Notes: generated by a model from the sequence alone, not told the origin. A stretch of 12,332 nucleotides of DNA from Candidatus Hodarchaeota archaeon (GCA_029856365.1 JAHQWW010000115.1:1-12332); one strand, 5' to 3'. Counted from the first letter of the stretch, positions 1 to 8,451 are shown. Translations and numbers: made by a program.

Positions 1-2
1 TA

Positions 3-215
3 TTTACTTGGAGGAATTTTTCAAATCTATCTTTGTTAACACTTGCTCAAATTTGTACTGAATTTGCAGAAGCTGCATCAATAATGGAGCTTCGAGCATT
101 ACACAGTTTTATGGAATATCGAAAAAATAAAACATCAGGAAATTATTTTGCTCTTTTGGCTCTGATATTTGTTTTTCTAATTCATAGATCTCTTTTACGT
201 CATTCCTATGGCTGA
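3..215 (+). CDS. C-terminal end (5'-truncated) of a probable ECF transporter transmembrane component T (EcfT/CbiQ-like)
   Basis: Frame is open from position 3: FTWRNFSNLSLLTLAQICTEFAEAASIMELRALHSF...YFALLALIFVFLIH. 'AEAASIMELRA' resembles the EcfT 'A..AMEARG' coupling-helix motif and is followed by a basic spacer and a terminal hydrophobic helix. The stop overlaps the aspS end by 10 nt (convergent). Confidence 0.45.
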   Translation, partial: FTWRNFSNLSLLTLAQICTEFAEAASIMELRALHSFMEYRKNKTSGNYFALLALIFVFLIHRSLLRHSYG

Positions 216-1531
216 AAAATCTCAGGAGTTCTAGGGAACATACATGCTTCTCGAATGTGAGATAAATTAGCTATCCATCGAATTAATCGTTCAAATCCGA
301 GTCCAAAACCTGCATGGGGAGGCATACCATATTTAAACATACGAAGATACCATTGAAAATCTTCCAGGTTAAATCCTTGCTGAGTTATCCTCTCTTTCAA
401 GATTTTATAATCTGAAACACGTTGGCCTCCACTTGAAAGTTCCCCAAATCCCTCTGGAGCCATTAGGTCTAAAGAACGAGTAATCTTAGGGTTTTGATCG
501 TGGCAGGCATAGTAAATCCCTCGTAAATGTGTTGGAAACTCGGTAAGGAAAAACGGTTCATGAAAAGCTTTTGATAAGGCTGTTTCTTCGGGGTTCCCAA
601 AATCAACTTGAGGATCTACTTCAATACCAAGCTCTTGTACTTTCTTTTTTGCTTCATTAAAAGTCAAACGTTTAAATGGCTTCGAGGGAACGGTGATAGT
701 TCGGTTTAGCAGTTCCAATTGGAGTTTTCCCTCTTTAAGAACCTCTTTCATAATAAAAATCAGGAGATCTTCCTGAACATCCATAATCTCTTTTTCTGTG
801 GCAAAAGCAATTTCATTTTCAATCTGCCAGAATTCTGTAATATGCTTAGGAGTATGGGATTTTTCTGCTCGCCAAGAAGGAATGATACCAAAGACCTTTT
901 CATGACAAGCGAGGGCAGCCTGTTTATAGAATTGGCAACTTTGCGCCAAAACAGCAGGATGTTCAAAGTAATCTAATCTGAATTGTTCAGCTCCACCTTC
1001 AGTCGATGTCGTGAGGATTAAAGGAGTAAAAATTTCCGTGAATCCTTTTTCAAGAAAAAACCTTCTTGTTGCGCTAGCAATGATGTTCTTGAGCTCAAAG
1101 ATTGCAACAACTTCGGGGTCTCTAATTGAAAGTTCTCGGTATCTGAATATGGTATCAATATCCATCTGAGTTTTCATTTTTGTTAAGTCAATAGGGAATT
1201 TTGAGGCTGCCTGAGAATGAATGTAAATCATTGACGGAATTAATTCTGCACCCAATTTTGATCGTGGATCAGCTTTAACAGATCCTTTAATAGATACAAC
1301 TGATTCAAGAGATACCTCCTTGCAAATTCGCCAAACCTCAGGATTAACTTTCTTCTCGTGAAGAGTTACTTGACAAATTCCTTGCTGATCACGAATTGTT
1401 AAAAAGATTAAGCGGCCTTTATCGCGAATTTGTTGAACCCACCCTCCTATTAGCACTTTTAATCCATCATTATTGCTATTAACATCACGACATCCGTGTG
1501 TTCGCATTTTTGGGCTGACAGCATAAATCAT
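206..1531 (-). CDS. aspS: Archaeal-type aspartyl-tRNA synthetase (class IIb) with AsnRS-like segments
   Basis: MRTH near the start, OB anticodon domain (GWVQQIRDKG..FLTIRD), motif 1 GFTEIFTP, TEGG, LAQSCQFYKQ, motif 2 WRAEKSHT..HITEF, ELSSGGQR, motif 3 YGMPPHAGFGLGFERL, FPR. No bacterial GAD insertion (441 aa). GAGG SD upstream of the ATG at 1531. Alternative ATG at 1507. Confidence 0.88.
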   Translation of the reverse strand: MIYAVSPKMRTHGCRDVNSNNDGLKVLIGGWVQQIRDKGRLIFLTIRDQQGICQVTLHEKKVNPEVWRICKEVSLESVVSIKGSVKADPRSKLGAELIPSMIYIHSQAASKFPIDLTKMKTQMDIDTIFRYRELSIRDPEVVAIFELKNIIASATRRFFLEKGFTEIFTPLILTTSTEGGAEQFRLDYFEHPAVLAQSCQFYKQAALACHEKVFGIIPSWRAEKSHTPKHITEFWQIENEIAFATEKEIMDVQEDLLIFIMKEVLKEGKLQLELLNRTITVPSKPFKRLTFNEAKKKVQELGIEVDPQVDFGNPEETALSKAFHEPFFLTEFPTHLRGIYYACHDQNPKITRSLDLMAPEGFGELSSGGQRVSDYKILKERITQQGFNLEDFQWYLRMFKYGMPPHAGFGLGFERLIRWIANLSHIREACMFPRTPEIFQP

Positions 1532-1835
1532 TATTGAATTCCTCGTTGGATTGATTGAAAAAGAATTTCCCTATTAATCTAACGGCTTATATCATTAGAT
1601 TCGTTAATTGTCTCATATCGTTTGAAACCAGCTCTTTAGAATTTGTTATACTTACTCTAGAATAATAACACAAGAAATCTTATGTTAATACATTCAAAGA
1701 AAAATTTGTTAAGAATTCTAAAAACAAAGAAATTATAATAATAGATCGTATTTTAAAAATGAAATCAATGTTGTTAAGTGTGGTATTAAATAGAGAAAAT
1801 AGCATTTGACGACTAATGACTTATATTCAACATGT

Positions 1836-1870
1836 AAAAAAAAGATGAGAAAGGGGCTCTTTCTCAATCT
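1836..1870 (-). terminator. Hairpin plus U-tract terminator of the 759-aa gene
   Basis: TGAGAAAG (1846-1853) / CTTTCTCA (1859-1866) forms a perfect 8-bp stem right after the TAG stop. It is followed on the minus strand by a run of 8 T (A-run 1836-1843). Confidence 0.7.
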
Positions 1871-4148
1871 ATGAACCGCCACCGAATATTTGATCGAATC
1901 CAACTGCGTCCATTTCTTCAAACAGGTCTTGGATTAAACCAAATTGTTGTGATTGAAGAAAATCATTTATTAATGTTTGTAAAGTTTCTATTGCTTCCTT
2001 AGTACCAAGTGAGAGCCCTGCAATGGATTTTATTGGATCAGCAAGATCTGTATCGGGTCTCGGAGCAGGAGGGTGAGGATAATGTAAAGTATTCTTCCAA
2101 TTATCTGTAATATCAGCAGAAATTACAGTGGTTTCATCAATTTCATAGCAACCTGCGGTAGCATTGGCTATTGCTAAATCCATCAGAAGTTTGGCTCTAT
2201 TTACCTCTGGATCTTGATTAAACTGTTCAAAGAATAGAGTACCATTATCCTGTGCAACACCTCTAGCAGCCGTATAGGTATCGTTGAATACACTTAATCC
2301 TTCAGTGAAAGAATAGGCAGAAGCAAGTGTATAATCTAGAGCTGTAAGCAAATGTTCTATCTCTGTGACGTTTGTGTAAAATGTACTAAGCATGTCCTTA
2401 AGGTTTATTAGCATAGGTTTGAGTGCATCATTAATAATGTCTCCATAGTCCTTTTGAATAAAATCACTGCTCTCATTTTGCGCCTTACCAATGTTATACT
2501 TGGCAGCTGCAAAGGTTTCACGAGTGTCACTCACCTCTGTCGAGAGAATATCTAACTCAGAACTGATCGCATCGAAATCCTTACCAGAGAAATCAATAGC
2601 GTTGATTGCTAGAACAACATCTTCAATCTCCATGTAACACTCAGTTCCATTAGTTGCTGCTCTCGCAAAGTATGCGAGAAGTTCGGTCATATCTTTGATG
2701 ATTTCTACTGTACCGTAGAAGGGTAATATTGAACCTTCTTTCAGTCCTTCGGTATCAATATCTTGAAGAGTATCATTAGCCTCTGTTAAATCGATAGCAG
2801 CATCCCCCATCCAATCATGAGCTCCTTCAAAATTTGAATCACCTAAATCATCTATTGCAAGAGTTGTTTTATAGGTGGCATTCAAAAAATCGAGAGCACC
2901 TGTTGCAACTTCAAGAATAATACCATATCCAGTTTCAGCTTCACCAACAATTGAAACAAAATCAGCCAGCTGGCCTGTTTCATCAGCAATTATGTCTTCC
3001 ATGATACCAGTTGTATCTTTTAATACGTCAATTACTCCATCTTTGGATTCACTGAAATTACCAATTGCATTAGATATCTTCTTTAATCCATCACTGAAAT
3101 CTTCGTTATAATCAGCTTCTAATCGGTTGATGGATCCACCAACGCCTCCGCCTATATCACTAGCTCCTAATACTGTGAATGTTTGGTTAAAACCTTCGAC
3201 TAGATTATAGTAACCAACTAATAAAGAGGGAATTTCATCAGAAAGTGTTGCTAAAATCCTTGAAATTTCTAGTATTGATGGCAGCTCTTGTAAATTGATA
3301 CCATTAAAATCCTCAGGAAGGAATGGTATCAATACTAATACCAAGAAGTTCCCTTGAACTTGGTCAAAGGCCACAGCTGATTCATGGAACCACTTGGCAG
3401 CACGTTTTGCAGCTTGTGAGAGATTTTCAATCTCTTCTGGATCACTTAGATCGATTCCGTTCTGAGCACCAGCACCACCTCCAAGTTCTACCCCAAAAAC
3501 ACTTGCAAATTCTGTTCCACCCGCTGCTAATGAGACACCACCGTCAACAATGTTGAACATTCCGTGATATATTAGAGGGACAGTGATCAAAAGAAAAATT
3601 ACTATGAGGGCAGCTAGCGGTTTAGTAATAAGAGAGAAAATAGAAATTTCTCCTTGTTTTGTCCAGAATCCAGTTGCTAGAGTAGAGAGGAAGAATCCAA
3701 GGAATAATGCTAGAAACTCGACAATAATGAGATCTAGAATGATCATCACTATGAGGATCATACTTACATCAATCGTTTCCGATATGTTACCAACAATTCC
3801 ACTCTCGAAGATCGCAACCACTGGAGTTGCTATACCAGTCGCCAAACCATAGGGATTGATAATAAAACCCAGAGTTAGCATATCGAGGATGTATAGAACT
3901 AGCCATGAAATTGGTGCTGCAAAGATACTAAGTAGACCTAATAGTTTAGAGCGGGATAAGATTCCTGTTAGACAAAAAGCGATTGGAATCACTAGCAGCT
4001 CTAATTGGAGTAGTAAAGCATTCTGTCTTGCGCCCAAAATTCCAAAGACAATTGCAATTAAAACTGGGGCAATAACAGCCGCTAAAAAACTCTGCCAGAG
4101 AGGAAGGGCTTTTATTGTGCGCAGATCATCAGATTCAGCTTCAAACAT
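1869..4148 (-). CDS. Hypothetical membrane protein: ~5-6 N-terminal TM segments plus a large acidic helical, probably extracellular and N-glycosylated domain
   Basis: 759-aa ORF. First ~195 aa are hydrophobic helices. The remainder is D/E-rich, amphipathic-helical and carries 11 N-x-S/T sequons. GTGA SD-like site upstream and a terminator downstream. Confidence 0.85.
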   Translation of the reverse strand: MFEAESDDLRTIKALPLWQSFLAAVIAPVLIAIVFGILGARQNALLLQLELLVIPIAFCLTGILSRSKLLGLLSIFAAPISWLVLYILDMLTLGFIINPYGLATGIATPVVAIFESGIVGNISETIDVSMILIVMIILDLIIVEFLALFLGFFLSTLATGFWTKQGEISIFSLITKPLAALIVIFLLITVPLIYHGMFNIVDGGVSLAAGGTEFASVFGVELGGGAGAQNGIDLSDPEEIENLSQAAKRAAKWFHESAVAFDQVQGNFLVLVLIPFLPEDFNGINLQELPSILEISRILATLSDEIPSLLVGYYNLVEGFNQTFTVLGASDIGGGVGGSINRLEADYNEDFSDGLKKISNAIGNFSESKDGVIDVLKDTTGIMEDIIADETGQLADFVSIVGEAETGYGIILEVATGALDFLNATYKTTLAIDDLGDSNFEGAHDWMGDAAIDLTEANDTLQDIDTEGLKEGSILPFYGTVEIIKDMTELLAYFARAATNGTECYMEIEDVVLAINAIDFSGKDFDAISSELDILSTEVSDTRETFAAAKYNIGKAQNESSDFIQKDYGDIINDALKPMLINLKDMLSTFYTNVTEIEHLLTALDYTLASAYSFTEGLSVFNDTYTAARGVAQDNGTLFFEQFNQDPEVNRAKLLMDLAIANATAGCYEIDETTVISADITDNWKNTLHYPHPPAPRPDTDLADPIKSIAGLSLGTKEAIETLQTLINDFLQSQQFGLIQDLFEEMDAVGFDQIFGGGS

Positions 4149-4343
4149 AATGAATCACTTTTTCTATTGTCTAGTATGATTAGTAGGAAACTTTCTTATT
4201 AAAATTAACTGTTTGAAAAGAAAAAATTTCCTTGGATGAGAAAATAATTGAAAAAAAATGATATTGAACTGTTAAATAATTGTTTTAAAAATCCTTTAAT
4301 GATTTCTTTATTTATAAACTCTGGATGTTTCATTAAAGGAAAA

Positions 4344-5240
4344 TTAAATTATAGAAATAAGCAAACTTATGAAACAGGTGACAAGTAATGCTGAACTCAA
4401 ATTAACAAAATCATTATTTATCAGTCGATTTCCTCGGTACAGTGTTGTTTTATTTCCACATCGTTTATGGGGGTTTGTTTCTGTTTCTTTTTTACAATGA
4501 TTACAATAATATATTCCTTGAATAGTTGCACCCTCAATTGAGTCGAGTATCGATCCCGAAAAACCGCCAACGATAATTAGAAAGAGAATAATAATTATTT
4601 GTCGATTAATGGCAATTGGAGGAAAAGAAATCACAATAGCGAAGAAATAGACAATCCCAATTAGTACACCCCCAAATATAGATGCGAGACAGCCATTAAG
4701 TGTTATCCCCCCGCTAGTACCTGGATCTACGATTCGACGTAAATTCGTGACTAATCTAGGAGGTTTTTTTGAAAGAATACCAATTTCTGTTGCCCATGTA
4801 TCGGCAGTATGAACTGAAAAAGCGACAAATACACCAATAAATAAGGGATTGTTGGGATTGTGCAAAATAGTGTCAGATTCAACTATTTTAGGGAGAAGTT
4901 CAAATAAAACATAACCAAAAGCGAATAATAATGGTATAAAACCATTAGCAATCACTTGCATTGCATCTCGTTTTACGGATCCTTTTGCAAAATCTATAGT
5001 TGTATTCGACTTGTCTTTTGCTTTCATTCTTGATAACATTGATGAACTGAAGAAGAAAACACAGAGTACGACCCAAAAGAAAGGGTAAATCACGAATAAC
5101 GAAATCCCTAGAATAGCAGCGACGGTTATTCCATATGGAACTGTGAGATATTTTTTTTTCAAGATTACAAAAAATATTGGTAAATTGAATAAGACCGAGA
5201 AAGGAACCATTAGAAGGAGATATGATATGATTGAATACAA
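4344..5240 (-). CDS. DUF92 (TMEM19/VTE6-like) integral membrane protein, cytidylyltransferase/CTP-dependent kinase-like superfamily
   Basis: Family motifs FFFSSS, K...RDAMQVIANG, TADTWATEIG, GTSGGITLNG, GSILDS.EGATIQ, C-x2-C...H..CG and INNDFVN. TTG start with a GAGG SD. Confidence 0.9.
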   Translation of the reverse strand: MYSIISYLLLMVPFSVLFNLPIFFVILKKKYLTVPYGITVAAILGISLFVIYPFFWVVLCVFFFSSSMLSRMKAKDKSNTTIDFAKGSVKRDAMQVIANGFIPLLFAFGYVLFELLPKIVESDTILHNPNNPLFIGVFVAFSVHTADTWATEIGILSKKPPRLVTNLRRIVDPGTSGGITLNGCLASIFGGVLIGIVYFFAIVISFPPIAINRQIIIILFLIIVGGFSGSILDSIEGATIQGIYYCNHCKKETETNPHKRCGNKTTLYRGNRLINNDFVNLSSALLVTCFISLLISII

Positions 5241-5292
5241 TTATGATCCTCATTATGGATTTCTTTGGTTTTTAAAGGATTTTATGGTGATA

Positions 5293-5300
5293 TTTATATA
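5293..5300 (-). promoter_or_regulatory. Candidate TATA box for the DUF92 gene
   Basis: Minus strand TATATAAA about 55 nt upstream of the TTG start. The AT-rich background limits certainty. Confidence 0.35.
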
Positions 5301-5445
5301 TCCCAATCATATAATAACTGTAGACTGAACGAGTGTTTTTAATTCTTTGCTAAAATACAAAAATTTAGGATAACATAAGACAACCAAATTATTATCACTT
5401 AGAAATGAATTATCAGCTCAAATAAAGTGTCATTTTATAAATGCA

Positions 5446-7401
5446 TTAAGAGAATTCTTTTCTAAATTCATCCCAAGTTTTAACTGTAAGTCCATATTTC
5501 CTGGCTTTTTCTAATTTTGCAGATCCAGGTTTTTCACCTATTACCAATAAATCCAGTTTTTTAGAAATTGAGGCCCATTCATAACCCTGTTGTTCAACTA
5601 ATTTCTTTAATTCCTTTTTTGTTAGCCCTTCGATTTTACCAGTAACATAGATAGTTTTATTAACTACTGGTTCTTGATCAAAAGGTATTTGTGGACCTTT
5701 ACTAGAAGGAAGGAACTGGTCCAAACCATTTGTTCTCACTCTTTTTGCTAATGGCTTTTTTCCATGACGATAAATGATTTCAACACCCTTTGCTAGAAGT
5801 TGATTTCCTAAAGAGGGATTATGAAGACCAGAATAGATATAATTAGCAGTGAGATCAGAGATCCCTTCCAGTAAAGTTAATTGTTTCACAGTTGCATTTT
5901 TCAAATCATCATAAGATTTAAAGCTTTTAGCTAAAGATTTTGCCATCCCCGTACCAAGAGACTCAATACCTAATCCTGCAAGAAATATATGAAAAGGAAG
6001 GGCTTTCTTTTCTTGAATACTGGTAAAAATTTTTGATCCATTCTTACCTAAATGATTCACAAGGACTCTTTCAGTTAATTTTTTATCATATAGGTCTGCA
6101 AAATGTCTAATAAGACCTAAATCATAAAGTTTTGCAATATTCTTTGGCCCTAAACCTTCGATATCAGTTATTCTCACCCAATGACGAATACTCTGGATAT
6201 CACGGTCACGACATACTGGTTCAGTGCAGATCAGGTTGACTCCATCACGCTTCAATACTGAACCACAGGAAGGACAGTAATTAGGAAATGATGTCTTATT
6301 CGCCCCCTTAGCGATTAATTCAGTTATCTTAGGGATAACATCACCAGAACGGATAACCATGACCGTGTCCCCCTCCGCCACCTCTAAAGCCTCTATAAAC
6401 TCAGCATTATGCAAGGTAGCTCGTCTGATAACAGCACCCATCACTTCGATTGGTTCTAGTTCTGCCACAGGAGTAAGTACCCCAGTCCTGCCAACTTGCC
6501 AAGTAATTTCTTGGACAATAGAAATGTCTCCCTGACTCGCAAATTTTAATGCAATCATCCATTTAGGATGATGTTCAGTTCTTCCTGCAGATACTCGTTG
6601 ATTTGCATCATTATACTTGAAGATGAGTCCATCAATCTCAAAATCTAGTGCTTGACGTTCTTGTTCGATACGTTGAAATAAGGTTTCAATATCACGTCTA
6701 ATAGGGGATGATAATAATTCAAAGTCAGCAGTATTGAATCCCCAAGAACGTAGAATCTCTCCATGAGCTTTCAGTGAGGCGTTCTCTTTTATTCCTAGTA
6801 ATTCAAATGCATAGAATTCTAATGACCTTTTGTCCAAGAAACTGAGATCTTTTTGTTTTACTGTACCAACTGCTAAATTTCGAGGACTACTATAATCTAT
6901 TCCTTCGACAGCTTTGATGCGGTTAAATTCCGAGACATACATGAAAAGCTCTCCACGAACATTGACAGCTGAAGTTGGGGGAATTATTTTCGGAATTGAT
7001 GAAATTTTAAAGACAGGCAAGGTCACATCATCTCCCATAACGCCATTTCCTCGTGTGGCAGCCTGAACCAAACTCCCATTTTCATAGATAAGGGATAAAG
7101 AAAAGCCATCGATCTTGTAACCAACGTAAAGATCGGCTCCTTGGCTCCATTTGACTACTTCATCAACATCGGTTGCTTTTTGACACGATAGCATGGGTAT
7201 TACATGGGTAACTTTCCCACCTTCAGGTGTTCCAACTATATGGAGAACAGGATTTTGAGGATCAATTTGTTGCAGCTTTTCTTCCAACGCATCATATGCT
7301 TCATCAGAAATCTCGGGTTCCCCATCATAATATTTCTTCTTATGATATAATATTTGATCCTCTAATTTTTTGATTTCAGGATTTTTTGACCTGTTCACCA
7401 T
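5446..7401 (-). CDS. ligA: NAD+-dependent DNA ligase
   Basis: Domain Ia YYDGEPEISDEAYD, adenylation motif KIDG, AATRGNG, VRGE, EIDGLIFK, WMIALKF, OB fold QVGRTGVLTPVA / RATLHN / RSGDVIP, Cys4 zinc finger CPSCG..LIC..C, HhH repeats (IEGLG, LGIESLG, LEGIS), C-terminal BRCT (VTG...KPGS.KL.KA...W). Confidence 0.97.
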   Translation of the reverse strand: MVNRSKNPEIKKLEDQILYHKKKYYDGEPEISDEAYDALEEKLQQIDPQNPVLHIVGTPEGGKVTHVIPMLSCQKATDVDEVVKWSQGADLYVGYKIDGFSLSLIYENGSLVQAATRGNGVMGDDVTLPVFKISSIPKIIPPTSAVNVRGELFMYVSEFNRIKAVEGIDYSSPRNLAVGTVKQKDLSFLDKRSLEFYAFELLGIKENASLKAHGEILRSWGFNTADFELLSSPIRRDIETLFQRIEQERQALDFEIDGLIFKYNDANQRVSAGRTEHHPKWMIALKFASQGDISIVQEITWQVGRTGVLTPVAELEPIEVMGAVIRRATLHNAEFIEALEVAEGDTVMVIRSGDVIPKITELIAKGANKTSFPNYCPSCGSVLKRDGVNLICTEPVCRDRDIQSIRHWVRITDIEGLGPKNIAKLYDLGLIRHFADLYDKKLTERVLVNHLGKNGSKIFTSIQEKKALPFHIFLAGLGIESLGTGMAKSLAKSFKSYDDLKNATVKQLTLLEGISDLTANYIYSGLHNPSLGNQLLAKGVEIIYRHGKKPLAKRVRTNGLDQFLPSSKGPQIPFDQEPVVNKTIYVTGKIEGLTKKELKKLVEQQGYEWASISKKLDLLVIGEKPGSAKLEKARKYGLTVKTWDEFRKEFS

Positions 7402-7585
7402 ATATATCGACCTGGTTTATGGAAATTTTATTTATTATCTATTTGATGAAAAATATGAGCACTAGGTTGGATCTTCATTCCTGTAAAGACTAGATTACCA
7501 TTATATATAGGTTATTTGTGATGAATATTTTAAAAATTAATGATGATAGAGAACCGAAAAAGTATCGCAAGTGTGTTGAACCTCA

Positions 7586-8422
7586 ATGGAAATTGATTTA
7601 CTTTTGAAAGTTGGGGGATCCTGTGTTTCCAATAAGATATTATTATATGAAGCATTGAAAACGAAATCTCCCGAAGATATTAAGACAGCTCTTAATGTTA
7701 GTCCAGAAAGAATTGATCAAATAGCTGCAGAAATAGGAGACGCGTTCTCCATCTTGAGTAAAATGATCATCTTGACTGGTGTCGGCAGTCCTGGTCATTT
7801 TACTGTCTTAAAACATGGATTACATAAAGGGAATAGTGGGGAGCTTGAACAGCATCTTGGGCTACTGGAGGCTCAAATTGCAGTAAATCGATTAAGACAG
7901 ACCATGTTAAAATCTTTTTTAAAGTACAAAATTCCAGCGTTTCAAGCTTACGCTTCTAGTATGTATGAATCTGATAAAATGCGAATTATAAGGGCAAATA
8001 CAGAGAATATAGAGAAGTTTCTAGCATCAGGATTGGTACCAGTGATTTCTGGGGATATGGTTCCAGATGTGACAATGGGATATAGTGTACTTTCGGGAGA
8101 TCAGATATTGGCTGATTTAGCCAAGAAATTTTTACCCAAAAAAATAGTTTATGGGTCGGATGTGGATGGTATTTTTGATTCAGACCCCAAAGTAAATCCT
8201 AATTCTCAATTAATACCAGAAATATCTCTTACTGAAATAGATTCTATAATTGAAGAAATCTCTGGAGAAGACGCGTCGGGACAGATGAAAGGAAAGCTTA
8301 TAGAGATTAAAACTTTACTAAATACTGGTTTTAAAGATATTATTCTTCTTAACATGACGAAAAAAGGAATTCTTTTTCGGGTACTGAATGAGGAAGATGT
8401 ACCTCATACTAAATTTCATTGA
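7586..8422 (+). CDS. ipk: Isopentenyl phosphate kinase (amino-acid kinase family)
   Basis: KVGGS..SNK, GVGSPGH with the IPK/FomA signature His, VPVISGD, VLSGDQI, SDVDGIF..DP, DASGQMKGKL (canonical DVTGGM.GK). Confidence 0.8.
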   Translation: MEIDLLLKVGGSCVSNKILLYEALKTKSPEDIKTALNVSPERIDQIAAEIGDAFSILSKMIILTGVGSPGHFTVLKHGLHKGNSGELEQHLGLLEAQIAVNRLRQTMLKSFLKYKIPAFQAYASSMYESDKMRIIRANTENIEKFLASGLVPVISGDMVPDVTMGYSVLSGDQILADLAKKFLPKKIVYGSDVDGIFDSDPKVNPNSQLIPEISLTEIDSIIEEISGEDASGQMKGKLIEIKTLLNTGFKDIILLNMTKKGILFRVLNEEDVPHTKFH

Positions 8423-8451
8423 TTTTTAACAGAAGAGACACTTTAATTTTC

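Noticed and set aside
719-976. ORFs 719..976 (+) and 760..966 (-)
   Set aside because: They lie entirely inside aspS and have no recognisable motifs. Shadow ORFs.
1733-1921. 62-aa minus-strand ORF
   Set aside because: Overlaps the end of the 759-aa gene out of frame and runs through its terminator.
2875-4179. Four + strand ORFs (2875, 3323, 3583, 3856)
   Set aside because: Antisense to the 759-aa gene. Their Ser/Ile/Arg-rich composition is typical of shadow frames.
4945-5328. ORFs 4945..5253 (-) and 5143..5328 (+)
   Set aside because: Overlap the well-supported DUF92 gene and have no protein-like features.
5734-5760. PLAKRVR in LigA resembles a c-Myc-type nuclear localisation signal
   Set aside because: Short basic motifs arise readily in linkers and there is no nucleus. 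Better explained as a PIP-flanking or DNA-binding patch.
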